From: Kofleriaceae bacterium
Lineage (GTDB): Bacteria > Myxococcota_A > Polyangia > Haliangiales > Haliangiaceae
Direction of reading: 5' to 3'
Length of the DNA stretch: 64,000 nt
Assembly: GCA_036269175.1 (NCBI GenBank)
Contig: DATASS010000840.1
Location: forward strand, 1,837-65,836
Shown here: in pieces, positions 27,269-35,633 of the stretch
Layout of the letters: the number at the start of each line of letters is the position of its first letter
Numbering within the stretch: position 1 is the first letter of the stretch
Program-made: the position numbers and the translations under genes
The notes under the pieces: generated by a model
Database searches by the model: none
Told to the model about the DNA's origin: nothing
Seen by the model: only the letters and a program-made list of their open reading frames with translations

Positions 27269-29137
27269 CTACGGCGATCCGCGCCGGGCTCGCATCGCCT
27301 TGCCCCACGCGATCAGCTCGCTCAGCGAGGCGAAGCCGAGATCCTGGGCCAGCGTCTTGCGGTCCGCCTCGCGCAGATCCTTGAGCGCCGGCGAACCGAC
27401 GTCCTCGTCGTAGATCAGCTCGACGAAGCCGAACATCATCTCCTCGAACGTCTGCTGGCCCCAGCGCACCGCGCGGGTGGGATCCGGGTTGGTCGGATTC
27501 CCGGCGCTGTTGTCGAAGTGTGCCGTGCCGCGCAGCACCGTGCCCTTCGGCAAGGCGATCATCTCCCTGGGCACGTACACGAACTGCCAGTTGAAGTTGT
27601 ATCGCGGCACGAACAGCAGCGTCCGCACGCTGCCGTCGGGCAGGACCGCCTCGTAGCGGAAGTCCTTGCCGCGGTCGTGCATGTGCGGCGTGAACGACGC
27701 GATCCACCCGTCGGCCTTGAGCGTGTAGCTCGAGGTCACCTCGTGCGCCGGGGCCCCGGCCGGGATCTCGAAGTTGAGCGAGCCCAGCGGGATGCTGCGC
27801 GCCTCGTAGGTCGGGCGCGCGCGCCCAAACCGGATCGCGACCGTGCTGCGATCGTCGCGGGCCACGCCGTCCGGCGTGTAGTGCAGCTCCAGCGTCAGCT
27901 TGGCGCCGCTCGGCAGCCGCCGCGCCACGCCGGCAGGAAACGTCGTCGCCGGGCGACCGGGGGTGAAGGCAGCCCACCGCTCGCCGGCTCCGAGCGAGAC
28001 CGTGCCGAGCTCCGGGGACGCCATGAAGATATCCGCGTGGTGCACGACCGAGCGCGCGCTCGGCCGGATCTCGATCGCCTCGACCCAGCGCTCCTCGCCG
28101 GTGTACTCGAGCAGCGCGGTGTGCTGGTACTCGACCACTCCGGTCGCCGGTACGGTGAACGCCGCGGGCATCGACAGCACCAGATCGGGCTTGCCGATCG
28201 CCCACGGCGGTTCGGCGCTGGTGTAGGCAGCTACGGGCCGCTTGGCCCCCGCACCCGCGGGCGCGCCGGCGGCGACCCAGGCGGTGATCGTGCCGATCTC
28301 GGCCGCGCTCGGGCCGGGCTGCTCCACGAACGTGCCCCACCGCGGATCGGGCGGCGCCTGGCGCTCCGGCGGCATGCGGTGGTCGCGCAGCACCTCGGCG
28401 ATGGTCTCGCCCCACGACGACGCATCGTCGTAGCTCAGCAGCGACATCGGGCCGGCCTCGCCCGGGCGATGACATCCGACGCAGTAGCGATCGAGCAGCG
28501 GCGCGACATCCGCGTACGTGACCCTGGCCGAACGGTCGACCGGCCGGGAGCGCGAGATCACGCAGCCGGCGGCCTGGGTGCGCGCGAGCGGCACCGCGCG
28601 ATCGGCCAGCACGGCCTCGATGGCATCGGCCAGCTCGTGGGTGGTCGCCCTGGCCCGCCGGACCGCCGGCGACACCCGATCATCGATCCGGCCCTGGTAC
28701 GCGACCCGGCCGTCGGGCGCCAGCAGGGCGACCTCGCTGGTGCGCGTCGCATCCAGCGCCGCCGCGAGCCGGCTGCCGACGTCGCGGTAGATGGCGTAGG
28801 GCAGCCGGGCACTCGCGCGATGCCGGCTGATCGCGTCGCGCGTGTTCGACGCGGTGGCGCTCACGGCGACCACCGACACGCCGTGCGCCTCGAGGTCGGC
28901 GAACCTCGCCGCCAGGTCCTGCTCGTAGGCCAGCGCCACCGGGCACTCGTTGCTGGTGAAGAACACCAGGGTCGCCCTGGCGCCGGCGAGCGAGCGCAGC
29001 GAGCTGGCCCGGCCGGTCGTGACATCGACCAGATCGATCCGGGCCAGCTCGACGGTCCGGACCGCCGGCGCCCCCCATGCGACGGAGCAGGTCAGCGACG
29101 CAGCGACGAGCGCTCCAGACAACAGCGTTCGATGCAT
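27269..29137 (-). CDS. secreted redoxin / c-type-heme-motif / copper-monooxygenase-C-like fusion protein
   Basis: GGAG lies 2 nt upstream of the ATG at 29137, and there is a signal peptide. AhpC/TSA-like N-domain (FFTSNECPVA), CVGCH heme-binding motif with MPPE, and a C-terminal HMHDRGKDFRY region. An alternative ATG exists at 29155. Confidence 0.8.
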   Translation of the reverse strand: MHRTLLSGALVAASLTCSVAWGAPAVRTVELARIDLVDVTTGRASSLRSLAGARATLVFFTSNECPVALAYEQDLAARFADLEAHGVSVVAVSATASNTRDAISRHRASARLPYAIYRDVGSRLAAALDATRTSEVALLAPDGRVAYQGRIDDRVSPAVRRARATTHELADAIEAVLADRAVPLARTQAAGCVISRSRPVDRSARVTYADVAPLLDRYCVGCHRPGEAGPMSLLSYDDASSWGETIAEVLRDHRMPPERQAPPDPRWGTFVEQPGPSAAEIGTITAWVAAGAPAGAGAKRPVAAYTSAEPPWAIGKPDLVLSMPAAFTVPATGVVEYQHTALLEYTGEERWVEAIEIRPSARSVVHHADIFMASPELGTVSLGAGERWAAFTPGRPATTFPAGVARRLPSGAKLTLELHYTPDGVARDDRSTVAIRFGRARPTYEARSIPLGSLNFEIPAGAPAHEVTSSYTLKADGWIASFTPHMHDRGKDFRYEAVLPDGSVRTLLFVPRYNFNWQFVYVPREMIALPKGTVLRGTAHFDNSAGNPTNPDPTRAVRWGQQTFEEMMFGFVELIYDEDVGSPALKDLREADRKTLAQDLGFASLSELIAWGKAMRARRGSP

Positions 29138-29256
29138 CACTCCACGATATGGCATCTGTGGTCACTCCGATCTTCGAAAGCGATGCGAGGTTCCCCGAAC
29201 GCGCGGCGAACGCCACGCCACGCCACGCCGCGCCTTCGCCGACGTGGTCGCGGTCC

Positions 29257-29475
29257 TCAGCGGTCGCCCGAGCTCCGCCAGCCGCACACGGCACAGGAGT
29301 AGGTCTTGTACAGCTCGTTGATCTCGCTGACGTCCAGCGGCGAGCTGCAGCTTGGACACGTCGCGCGAGGGGACAGACTGGCGACGAACACCAGCGCGAT
29401 CAGGGCCACCACGGCGACGACGATCCGCACGAGAAGCCAGAACAGCCAGCCCAGCACGCCGGCATGGTAGCGCAT
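29257..29475 (-). CDS. small membrane protein with C-terminal zinc-ribbon-like CxxC...CxxC
   Basis: 72 aa. One TM segment (LGWLFWLLVRIVVAVVALIALVFVA), then CPSC...CAVC. Confidence 0.5.
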   Translation of the reverse strand: MRYHAGVLGWLFWLLVRIVVAVVALIALVFVASLSPRATCPSCSSPLDVSEINELYKTYSCAVCGWRSSGDR

Positions 29476-29504
29476 CGACCCGTCGCGTCCCACCGCGCGG
29501 GCGG

Positions 29505-30101
29505 TCAGGCCGGCCCGCCGCCGGCGGCGTCGAGCTCGGGCGTCAGGTGCTGGGTGCAGTTGACCAGCTGGGCCGCGAACGGCGGCGCGGGGTCGATCAC
29601 GGTCACGCTGGTGTTGGCGAACTGCTCGGGCACCGCGCCGGCGCGCACGTGGTTCGCCAGCAGCGCGCGGCACACCAGGCCGTGGGTGACGACCACCAGC
29701 GCGCCGGACAGCCCGCGCCGCCGCTCGGCGATCAGCGCGAACGCCTGGGCGACCCGGCGATGGAACATCTCGACGGTCTCGCCGTTGGGCGGCGCGAAGC
29801 CCGGCGCCCACGGGTCCTCGGTGAGCTGATCGTACGGCGTGCCGCGCAGGTCGCCGAAGTTGCGCTCCTGGAGCAGCGGCGAGTACTCGATCGCGTGGCC
29901 GCGCGCGGCCAGCGGCGCCGCGGTCATCTGCGCGCGCACCAGGTCGCTGCACAGCACGTGGACGAAGCCCAGCCCGAGCAGCCGCTCGGCGAGCTGCGCT
30001 GCCTGGCGGACACCGCGCGCGCTGAGCGGCTGTTCGGGCCGCTGCATGATCCGGGCGACGTTGGCGGCGGTCTCACCGTGGCGGATCAGCAGGATCGACA
30101 T
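29505..30101 (-). CDS. histidine phosphatase (phosphoglycerate-mutase-like) family protein
   Basis: MSILLIRHGET (RHG motif) and VVVTHG. Confidence 0.85.
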   Translation of the reverse strand: MSILLIRHGETAANVARIMQRPEQPLSARGVRQAAQLAERLLGLGFVHVLCSDLVRAQMTAAPLAARGHAIEYSPLLQERNFGDLRGTPYDQLTEDPWAPGFAPPNGETVEMFHRRVAQAFALIAERRRGLSGALVVVTHGLVCRALLANHVRAGAVPEQFANTSVTVIDPAPPFAAQLVNCTQHLTPELDAAGGGPA

Positions 30102-30203
30102 GACGCCGTTTGTACAGCGAAGCGGTAACGGCTGCGTGGCGGCTCGCGATCGATTCTGTGTGGCTGCGGGAATCCTGCGCGCGCCGTGCCGGTTGGAGCC
30201 GGC

Positions 30204-30824
30204 ATGACGCGCGGAACCCTGCTGTTCGCCCTGGCCGCCTGCGGGGCCCCGTCGGCTGCCCCGCAGGCCCCGGCACCCGCGGCGAGCGCGCCGGCCGCCG
30301 CGGCGCCGGCCAAGCACCAGTGGCACGATCCCGACGACACCCTCGTGGGCGTGATCGATCAGCCGGCGCCGCCGTGGCAGGTCGCGCAGTGGTTCAACTC
30401 CCCGCCGCTGTCGCTCGAGTCGCTGCGCGGCAAGGTGGTGTTCGTCCGCTGGTTCACCGACCCGTCGTGCCCGTTCTGCAGCGGCACCGCGCCGACCCTG
30501 CGCGCGCTGCACGAGCACTACGCGGACAAGGGCCTGGCGGTGATCGGCATGTACCACCACAAGGAGGACACGCCGCTCGATCCGGTCCAGGTCGAGGGCT
30601 GGGTCAAGCACTACGGCTACCAATTCCCGGTCGCGATCGACAAGGACTGGACCACGCTGAAGCGGTGGTGGCTGCGCGACCACGACCGTTCCTACACCAG
30701 CGTGAGCTTCCTGATCGACAAGGCCGGCGTGGTCCGCCGCGTCCACCTCGGCGGCCTGATCGCCCCCGAGGGCGAGGACATCACGGCGATCCGCGCCGAC
30801 GTCGAGCGCCTGCTCGCCGAGTGA
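30204..30824 (+). CDS. TlpA/redoxin-like thioredoxin-fold lipoprotein
   Basis: Lipobox ALAAC, CPFC active site, GKVVFVRWF. Confidence 0.85.
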   Translation: MTRGTLLFALAACGAPSAAPQAPAPAASAPAAAAPAKHQWHDPDDTLVGVIDQPAPPWQVAQWFNSPPLSLESLRGKVVFVRWFTDPSCPFCSGTAPTLRALHEHYADKGLAVIGMYHHKEDTPLDPVQVEGWVKHYGYQFPVAIDKDWTTLKRWWLRDHDRSYTSVSFLIDKAGVVRRVHLGGLIAPEGEDITAIRADVERLLAE

Positions 30825-32192
30825 TCACGGGATCGCGTAGAGCCTGGCGGCGTTGTCGTGCAGCACGCCGCGGGCGAGCGTCGCGGCCTGGTCGCGGCTG
30901 ATCTCGTGATCGTGCACCATGCCGGTGAGCGCCAGGCCGAGCGCCTGGCGGATGTTGCGGCTGGCGATCCAGCTCGCCTCCTCCCAGCCGAGCGAGTCGG
31001 TGAACGGATAGCCGTCGGTCGCGAACAGCACCTTGTCGGGGAAGATCTCGAGCCACTCGCGCAGCCAGCCGGCCAGCGTGCGCGGCGGGATCACCAGCGA
31101 CTGCTGCGACAGATCGAGATAGGCATTCGGTTTCTGGAGCAGCGCGCCGATCTCGTGGATGTACGGCCAGCCGCCGTGCAGCAGGACGAAGTGGGTCTTG
31201 CGCAGCCTGGGCGCGTTGAACACCGGCTCGAGCAGCAGCGGGTTGACCCCGGCGATGCTGAAGTACCCGCCGGCGCCGCTCATCGCGTGCAGGTGGACCG
31301 CCATGCCGAGCCGGCCGCACTCCGCAGCGATGTAGCGGAACAGGAAGTCCTGCAGCAGCTTGTACTCGGCGAGATCGGGGTGCGGGCGGCCGACCAGCCG
31401 CGCGTAGATCTTCGCGGCCTGGTCGCGGGGCACGTCGGTGAAGTCGAACCCGCGCAGGTACGCGATCTCGAACTTCTCGGCGACCGCGCCGTCGCCGTGC
31501 TGGCGCTCCAGCGTCGGGGTGACCACCTGGCTCAGGTAGCCATCGAGCGTCGGCGGCACCGCCTGCAGGTGGACCGCCTGCAGGTACTGGGCGCGCAGCT
31601 TGTCCTCGAGCGGGAAGAACAGCGCGCGGTCGGGCGAGCCGGCGGCCAGCCCGGCGTTGTCGAGCGGAAACACCAGCGCGTCGATGTACGGCACCCAGCG
31701 AAACCGCGGCGGCTGGGCGCCCGGCCCGAGCGCGACCCGGTTGGCCAGCATCGTGCCGATCCGCGCCTGGTCGAGCACCCACAGGTCGTAGCGCTCGCCC
31801 TGCTGGACGCGGACCTTGTCGCGCGCGTCGGCGAGCCGCTTGAGCGCGTCGGCGGACAGCGGCGGCGCCTCGGTGAAGTGCCACAGCGTCCGCCACGCCT
31901 CGACCAGCTGCGGGCTGTCCGGCCGCCACGCCACCGGATCGGTCTGCGGCTCCATGTTGTCGACCGGCAGCGCGTCGAACCCACGATCGGTGGCGAGGTT
32001 CGGCGGCGGCAGCACCGGGTGGGCGTGGTTGTCGATCGCGGGCGTCGTCGCCAGCACCCGGGCGATCGCCGGATCGATGTCGCCCGGCGCTGCGCCGAGG
32101 TTGATGCCCGGATCGTTGCTCGCGGGCTGCGCGCGGACGAGCAAGGGGACCGAGACAGCGGCCAGGACGGTCAGCCGGCGTGCAGTGCGCAT
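30825..32192 (-). CDS. secreted amidohydrolase_2-family protein
   Basis: Signal MRTARRLTVLAAVSVPLLVRAQP. Motifs IDNHAHP, HLHAMSG and FATDGYP. Its stop abuts the convergent stop at 30824. Confidence 0.8.
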   Translation of the reverse strand: MRTARRLTVLAAVSVPLLVRAQPASNDPGINLGAAPGDIDPAIARVLATTPAIDNHAHPVLPPPNLATDRGFDALPVDNMEPQTDPVAWRPDSPQLVEAWRTLWHFTEAPPLSADALKRLADARDKVRVQQGERYDLWVLDQARIGTMLANRVALGPGAQPPRFRWVPYIDALVFPLDNAGLAAGSPDRALFFPLEDKLRAQYLQAVHLQAVPPTLDGYLSQVVTPTLERQHGDGAVAEKFEIAYLRGFDFTDVPRDQAAKIYARLVGRPHPDLAEYKLLQDFLFRYIAAECGRLGMAVHLHAMSGAGGYFSIAGVNPLLLEPVFNAPRLRKTHFVLLHGGWPYIHEIGALLQKPNAYLDLSQQSLVIPPRTLAGWLREWLEIFPDKVLFATDGYPFTDSLGWEEASWIASRNIRQALGLALTGMVHDHEISRDQAATLARGVLHDNAARLYAIP

Positions 32193-32250
32193 GGCGCACG
32201 GTATCCCGATCCGGCCGGGAGCGCGCCCGCGGGAGCGGCCGGTCCGCCGG

Positions 32251-33765
32251 TCAGTCGTCGCCGCTCTGCAGCAGCGCCGCGAACCCGGCGGCGTCGGTGA
32301 CGAACGGCGGGCGCGCCATCGCCGCAACGCACGAGGTGTCGAGGCCGTCGGCGCTGCCGCGCTCGACGAACTGCGCGATCAGGCCGGTGTCGCAATCCTG
32401 GTGGGTCAGGCCGCCGCTGCCGTGGTGGGCCTCGGGGATGATGACCTGGAGCGCGTGCGGCAGCGTCGCGGCGACCTTGTCGGCGAACGGCGGCGGGGTC
32501 ACTGGATCGAACGGTCCGGACAGCATCAGCACCGGCCGGTCCGAGCGCACCGGCTCGTGGAACCCCGACGGGATGTCGCCGCGCGGCCAGTCGTGGCACG
32601 CCGCGAGCTGCATCTGCACGCGGTAGCCGCGCAGGTAGGTCCCGGCGATCGCGGGCTCGATCGACGCCGGCGCGATGAACGGGAGGTCCTCGGCGCAGGT
32701 GACCGACAGGTGCATGCCGTAGGCGAGCGCCCTGCGCAGCGACGGCTCCAGCGCCATCGTCATCTGCGCGAATGGCTCGAAGTCGCCCTGCGCCGCGCGG
32801 TGGAGGACGTACGGCGTCACCGAGGCGATCCCGGCGCCGTACAGCGAGAACCGGATCTGCTCGGCGAAGATGTCGCGCGGGATGGTCACCGCGACCCGGT
32901 GGTGGTCGACCGGGCTCTCGACGCTGGCGTGCCCGCGCTCGCGGTCGAGGCCGGCCAGCACCCGCTCGAGCTCGGCGGGCAGATCGGGGAACGCGGCCGC
33001 GCATGCCGGGGTGTGGGCGCAGGTGTCGAACAGCCGATCGAGCGCGCGCTGGCCGTCCCGGGCATGGAACAGCGGCAGGTACTGGTCCATCGCGACCACG
33101 CCGATCAGCACCGCGCTGCGCACGTGGTCGCCGTGGCGCCGCAGGTAGACCTGCGCCGCGCGGGTGCCGTACGACCCGCCGTGCAGGTCGAGCTGGTCGT
33201 AGCCGAGCCAGGCGCGGACCTCGTCGAGATCGTCGGCGGCGATCGACGTGGTGTACTGCGCGAGGTCGGCGTTCTGCTCGAGCTCGCCGCGGCAGCGGTG
33301 GACGTCGGCGGGCGGCAGCACCGGCTCGAAGAACCCCTGCACGTCGGCCGGATCGCGCGGCACCTTGCAGTCGAGGCGATGCGAGCCGCCGGTGCCGCGC
33401 TGATCGACCAGCAAGATGTCGCGGTGGGCGCGGATCTCGCGCCGCTGCGCCCAGCCGCGGACGGCGTCGGTGGCGGAGGCGCCCGGACCGCCGGCGAAGT
33501 CGACCAGCGGATCGGGCGCGACGTCCGCGCCCAGCGCCGGCAGGACGATGACGCGGAGGTCGATCTTGCGGCCCTGGCGGGTGGCGCGGTTCTCCCACAC
33601 CGCATAGCTGCCGCACAGTACCGGCCCGGTGACGCCGTCGAGCTGGCACGGCGCGAGCCGGTCCCGCGGGCCTGGCCGCGCGGTGGGACTGGCCGCGGAG
33701 GCGGCGGGCGGGGCGCCGGGCGAGCCGCAGGCCGCCAGGACGAGGAGCAAGATCGACCGCTTCAT
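32251..33765 (-). CDS. alpha/beta-hydrolase lipoprotein (S33 tripeptidyl-aminopeptidase-like)
   Basis: GGAGG RBS, lipobox VLAAC, GGSYG nucleophile motif, VDQRGTG. Confidence 0.8.
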   Translation of the reverse strand: MKRSILLLVLAACGSPGAPPAASAASPTARPGPRDRLAPCQLDGVTGPVLCGSYAVWENRATRQGRKIDLRVIVLPALGADVAPDPLVDFAGGPGASATDAVRGWAQRREIRAHRDILLVDQRGTGGSHRLDCKVPRDPADVQGFFEPVLPPADVHRCRGELEQNADLAQYTTSIAADDLDEVRAWLGYDQLDLHGGSYGTRAAQVYLRRHGDHVRSAVLIGVVAMDQYLPLFHARDGQRALDRLFDTCAHTPACAAAFPDLPAELERVLAGLDRERGHASVESPVDHHRVAVTIPRDIFAEQIRFSLYGAGIASVTPYVLHRAAQGDFEPFAQMTMALEPSLRRALAYGMHLSVTCAEDLPFIAPASIEPAIAGTYLRGYRVQMQLAACHDWPRGDIPSGFHEPVRSDRPVLMLSGPFDPVTPPPFADKVAATLPHALQVIIPEAHHGSGGLTHQDCDTGLIAQFVERGSADGLDTSCVAAMARPPFVTDAAGFAALLQSGDD

Positions 33766-33821
33766 CGAGGACCTCCGCAAGGTGAGGGGGTTCGCGCCGG
33801 GGCGTTGTGCATTGTCGCGTG

Positions 33822-33913
33822 ATCCAGGACACCCGGTGGTGGGCCGCGGATGACGCCGCGATCCCGGACACCCGGCGGTGGGCCGCGGATGACGCCGCGA
33901 TCCCGGATGCACC
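33822..33913. repeat. 39-bp tandem direct repeat, 2 full copies plus a partial third
   Basis: Copies at 33822-33860 and 33861-33899 differ at 2 positions. A third, partial copy with indels starts at 33900. The repeat sits in a divergent intergenic region. Confidence 0.9.
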
Positions 33914-33974
33914 GGGCGGCGCCGGATCGCCGAGGACCGCGGATCCGGAGTGCCGGCTCGCTCGTACGATCGGC

Positions 33975-35588
33975 GTGCATCGCCCGCCCCTCGCTGCCCT
34001 GCTCGCTGTGATGTGTGCATGTGCCCACCCTGTGGCTGCGCCGCCCGCCGCGGCCCGGCCCGCCGATCCTGTCGACATCGTCGCGGCCCGCGCGCGCGGC
34101 GGCACCCAGCAATTCCGCTGGGAGGCCTGGTCCTCCGATGCGTTCGCCCGCGCCGCCCGCGAGCACCGCTTCATCCTCGTCGACGGCGCGGCGGCATGGT
34201 GCCACTGGTGCCACGTGATGGACGAGACCACCTATCGCGATCCCGAGGTCGGCGCGGCGCTGCGCGATCGCTTCGTCGCGATCCGGGTCGACATCGACGA
34301 GCGGCCGGACCTCGCGGAGCGCTACGGCGACTGGGGCTGGCCGGCGACGATCCTGCTGTCGCCCGACGCCCAGGAGCTCGGCAAGTTCCGCGGCTACCTG
34401 CCGCCCGAGCAGCTGCGCACGATCCTCGCCGACACCCTCGCCGGCACCGCCGCGGCCGAGGCCAGCGCCCCGGCGATCACCGCGCCGCCGCGCCCCGAGG
34501 CGCTGCCGTGGATCGCCGCGCGCGCGATCCGCGATCTCGACCGCTACTACGACGACGACCACGGCGGCTGGGGATTCCGGACCAAGGCGCCGATCGGCGA
34601 CAACCTGGCGTTCGAGCTCCGCCGCGCCGCGCACGGCGACGCGCGGGCCGCGGCGCGCGCTGCCCAGACCCTCGACCGCCAGCGCGCGATCGTCGATCCG
34701 GTATGGGGCGGCATCTACCAGTACTCGGTCGGTGGCGACTGGACCGAGCCGCACTTCGAGAAGCTGATCACGTACCAGGCGCGCAACCTCGAGGCCTACG
34801 CGCGCGGCTACGCACAGCGCCACGATCCGGCGGCGCTCGCCGTCGCGCGCGGCATCGCCGGCTACCTCGACCGCTTCCTGTCTGCCCCCGACGGCGGCTT
34901 CTACACCAACCAGGACGCCGACGTCGGCGCGCACGGCGGCCGGTTCGTCGACGGCCACACCTACTACGCGCGCGACGACGCCGGCCGCCGGGCGCTCGGC
35001 CAGCCGTGGATCGACAGCCACGTCTACGCCCGCGAGAACGGCATGGCGATCAGCGCGCTGGTCGCACTCGCCCAGGCCACCGGCGACGCCGCGCCGCTCG
35101 CCCGCGCCCGCCGCGCCGCCGAGCGGATCGCGACGACCCACGTCGGCCCCGAGGGCGAAGTCTGGCACGACGCCGAGCGCCGCACCGGCCCGCTGTTCCT
35201 CGCCGACTGCGCCGAGATCGGCCTCGCCCTGGTCCGCCTCGGCCAGGCCACCGGCGACGCCGCGTGGCTGACGCGCGCCCACGCGATCGCCGCCACCATG
35301 GACCGCCAGTTGCTGGACCCCGCCACCGGCGCCTACTGGGCCCAGACCGTCGACCCCAACGCGGTCGGCGTGTTCGCTCACCGCCGCCAGCCGCTCGAGG
35401 GCAACCTCGCCGCGGCGCGCTTGCTCGCCGCGCTCGCCCGCGCCACCGGCCGGCCGGCGCTGCGTACGCAGGCCGAGCGCACCCTGACCGCGGTGCTCAC
35501 CCCCGAGGCGCTGGATCACGAGGGCGCCTGGCTGGGCGCCGTGCTGCTCGCACTCGACGACATCGGCGCCGTGCCCTGGCCCGAGTAG
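33975..35588 (+). CDS. DUF255 thioredoxin-domain protein (YyaL/SSP411-like)
   Basis: Hallmark AAWCHWCHVMDE and a C-terminal alpha-toroid-like region. The GTG start is inferred and uncertain. Confidence 0.8.
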   Translation: MHRPPLAALLAVMCACAHPVAAPPAAARPADPVDIVAARARGGTQQFRWEAWSSDAFARAAREHRFILVDGAAAWCHWCHVMDETTYRDPEVGAALRDRFVAIRVDIDERPDLAERYGDWGWPATILLSPDAQELGKFRGYLPPEQLRTILADTLAGTAAAEASAPAITAPPRPEALPWIAARAIRDLDRYYDDDHGGWGFRTKAPIGDNLAFELRRAAHGDARAAARAAQTLDRQRAIVDPVWGGIYQYSVGGDWTEPHFEKLITYQARNLEAYARGYAQRHDPAALAVARGIAGYLDRFLSAPDGGFYTNQDADVGAHGGRFVDGHTYYARDDAGRRALGQPWIDSHVYARENGMAISALVALAQATGDAAPLARARRAAERIATTHVGPEGEVWHDAERRTGPLFLADCAEIGLALVRLGQATGDAAWLTRAHAIAATMDRQLLDPATGAYWAQTVDPNAVGVFAHRRQPLEGNLAAARLLAALARATGRPALRTQAERTLTAVLTPEALDHEGAWLGAVLLALDDIGAVPWPE

Positions 35589-35633
35589 CCTGCGTGAGGG
35601 CCGCCAACTCGGCCGGCGACCGCCACGCCGCGA

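Noticed and set aside
33822-33913. CRISPR array
   Set aside because: The 39-bp units are directly adjacent with no spacers. There are only about 2.5 copies, and no cas genes are present.
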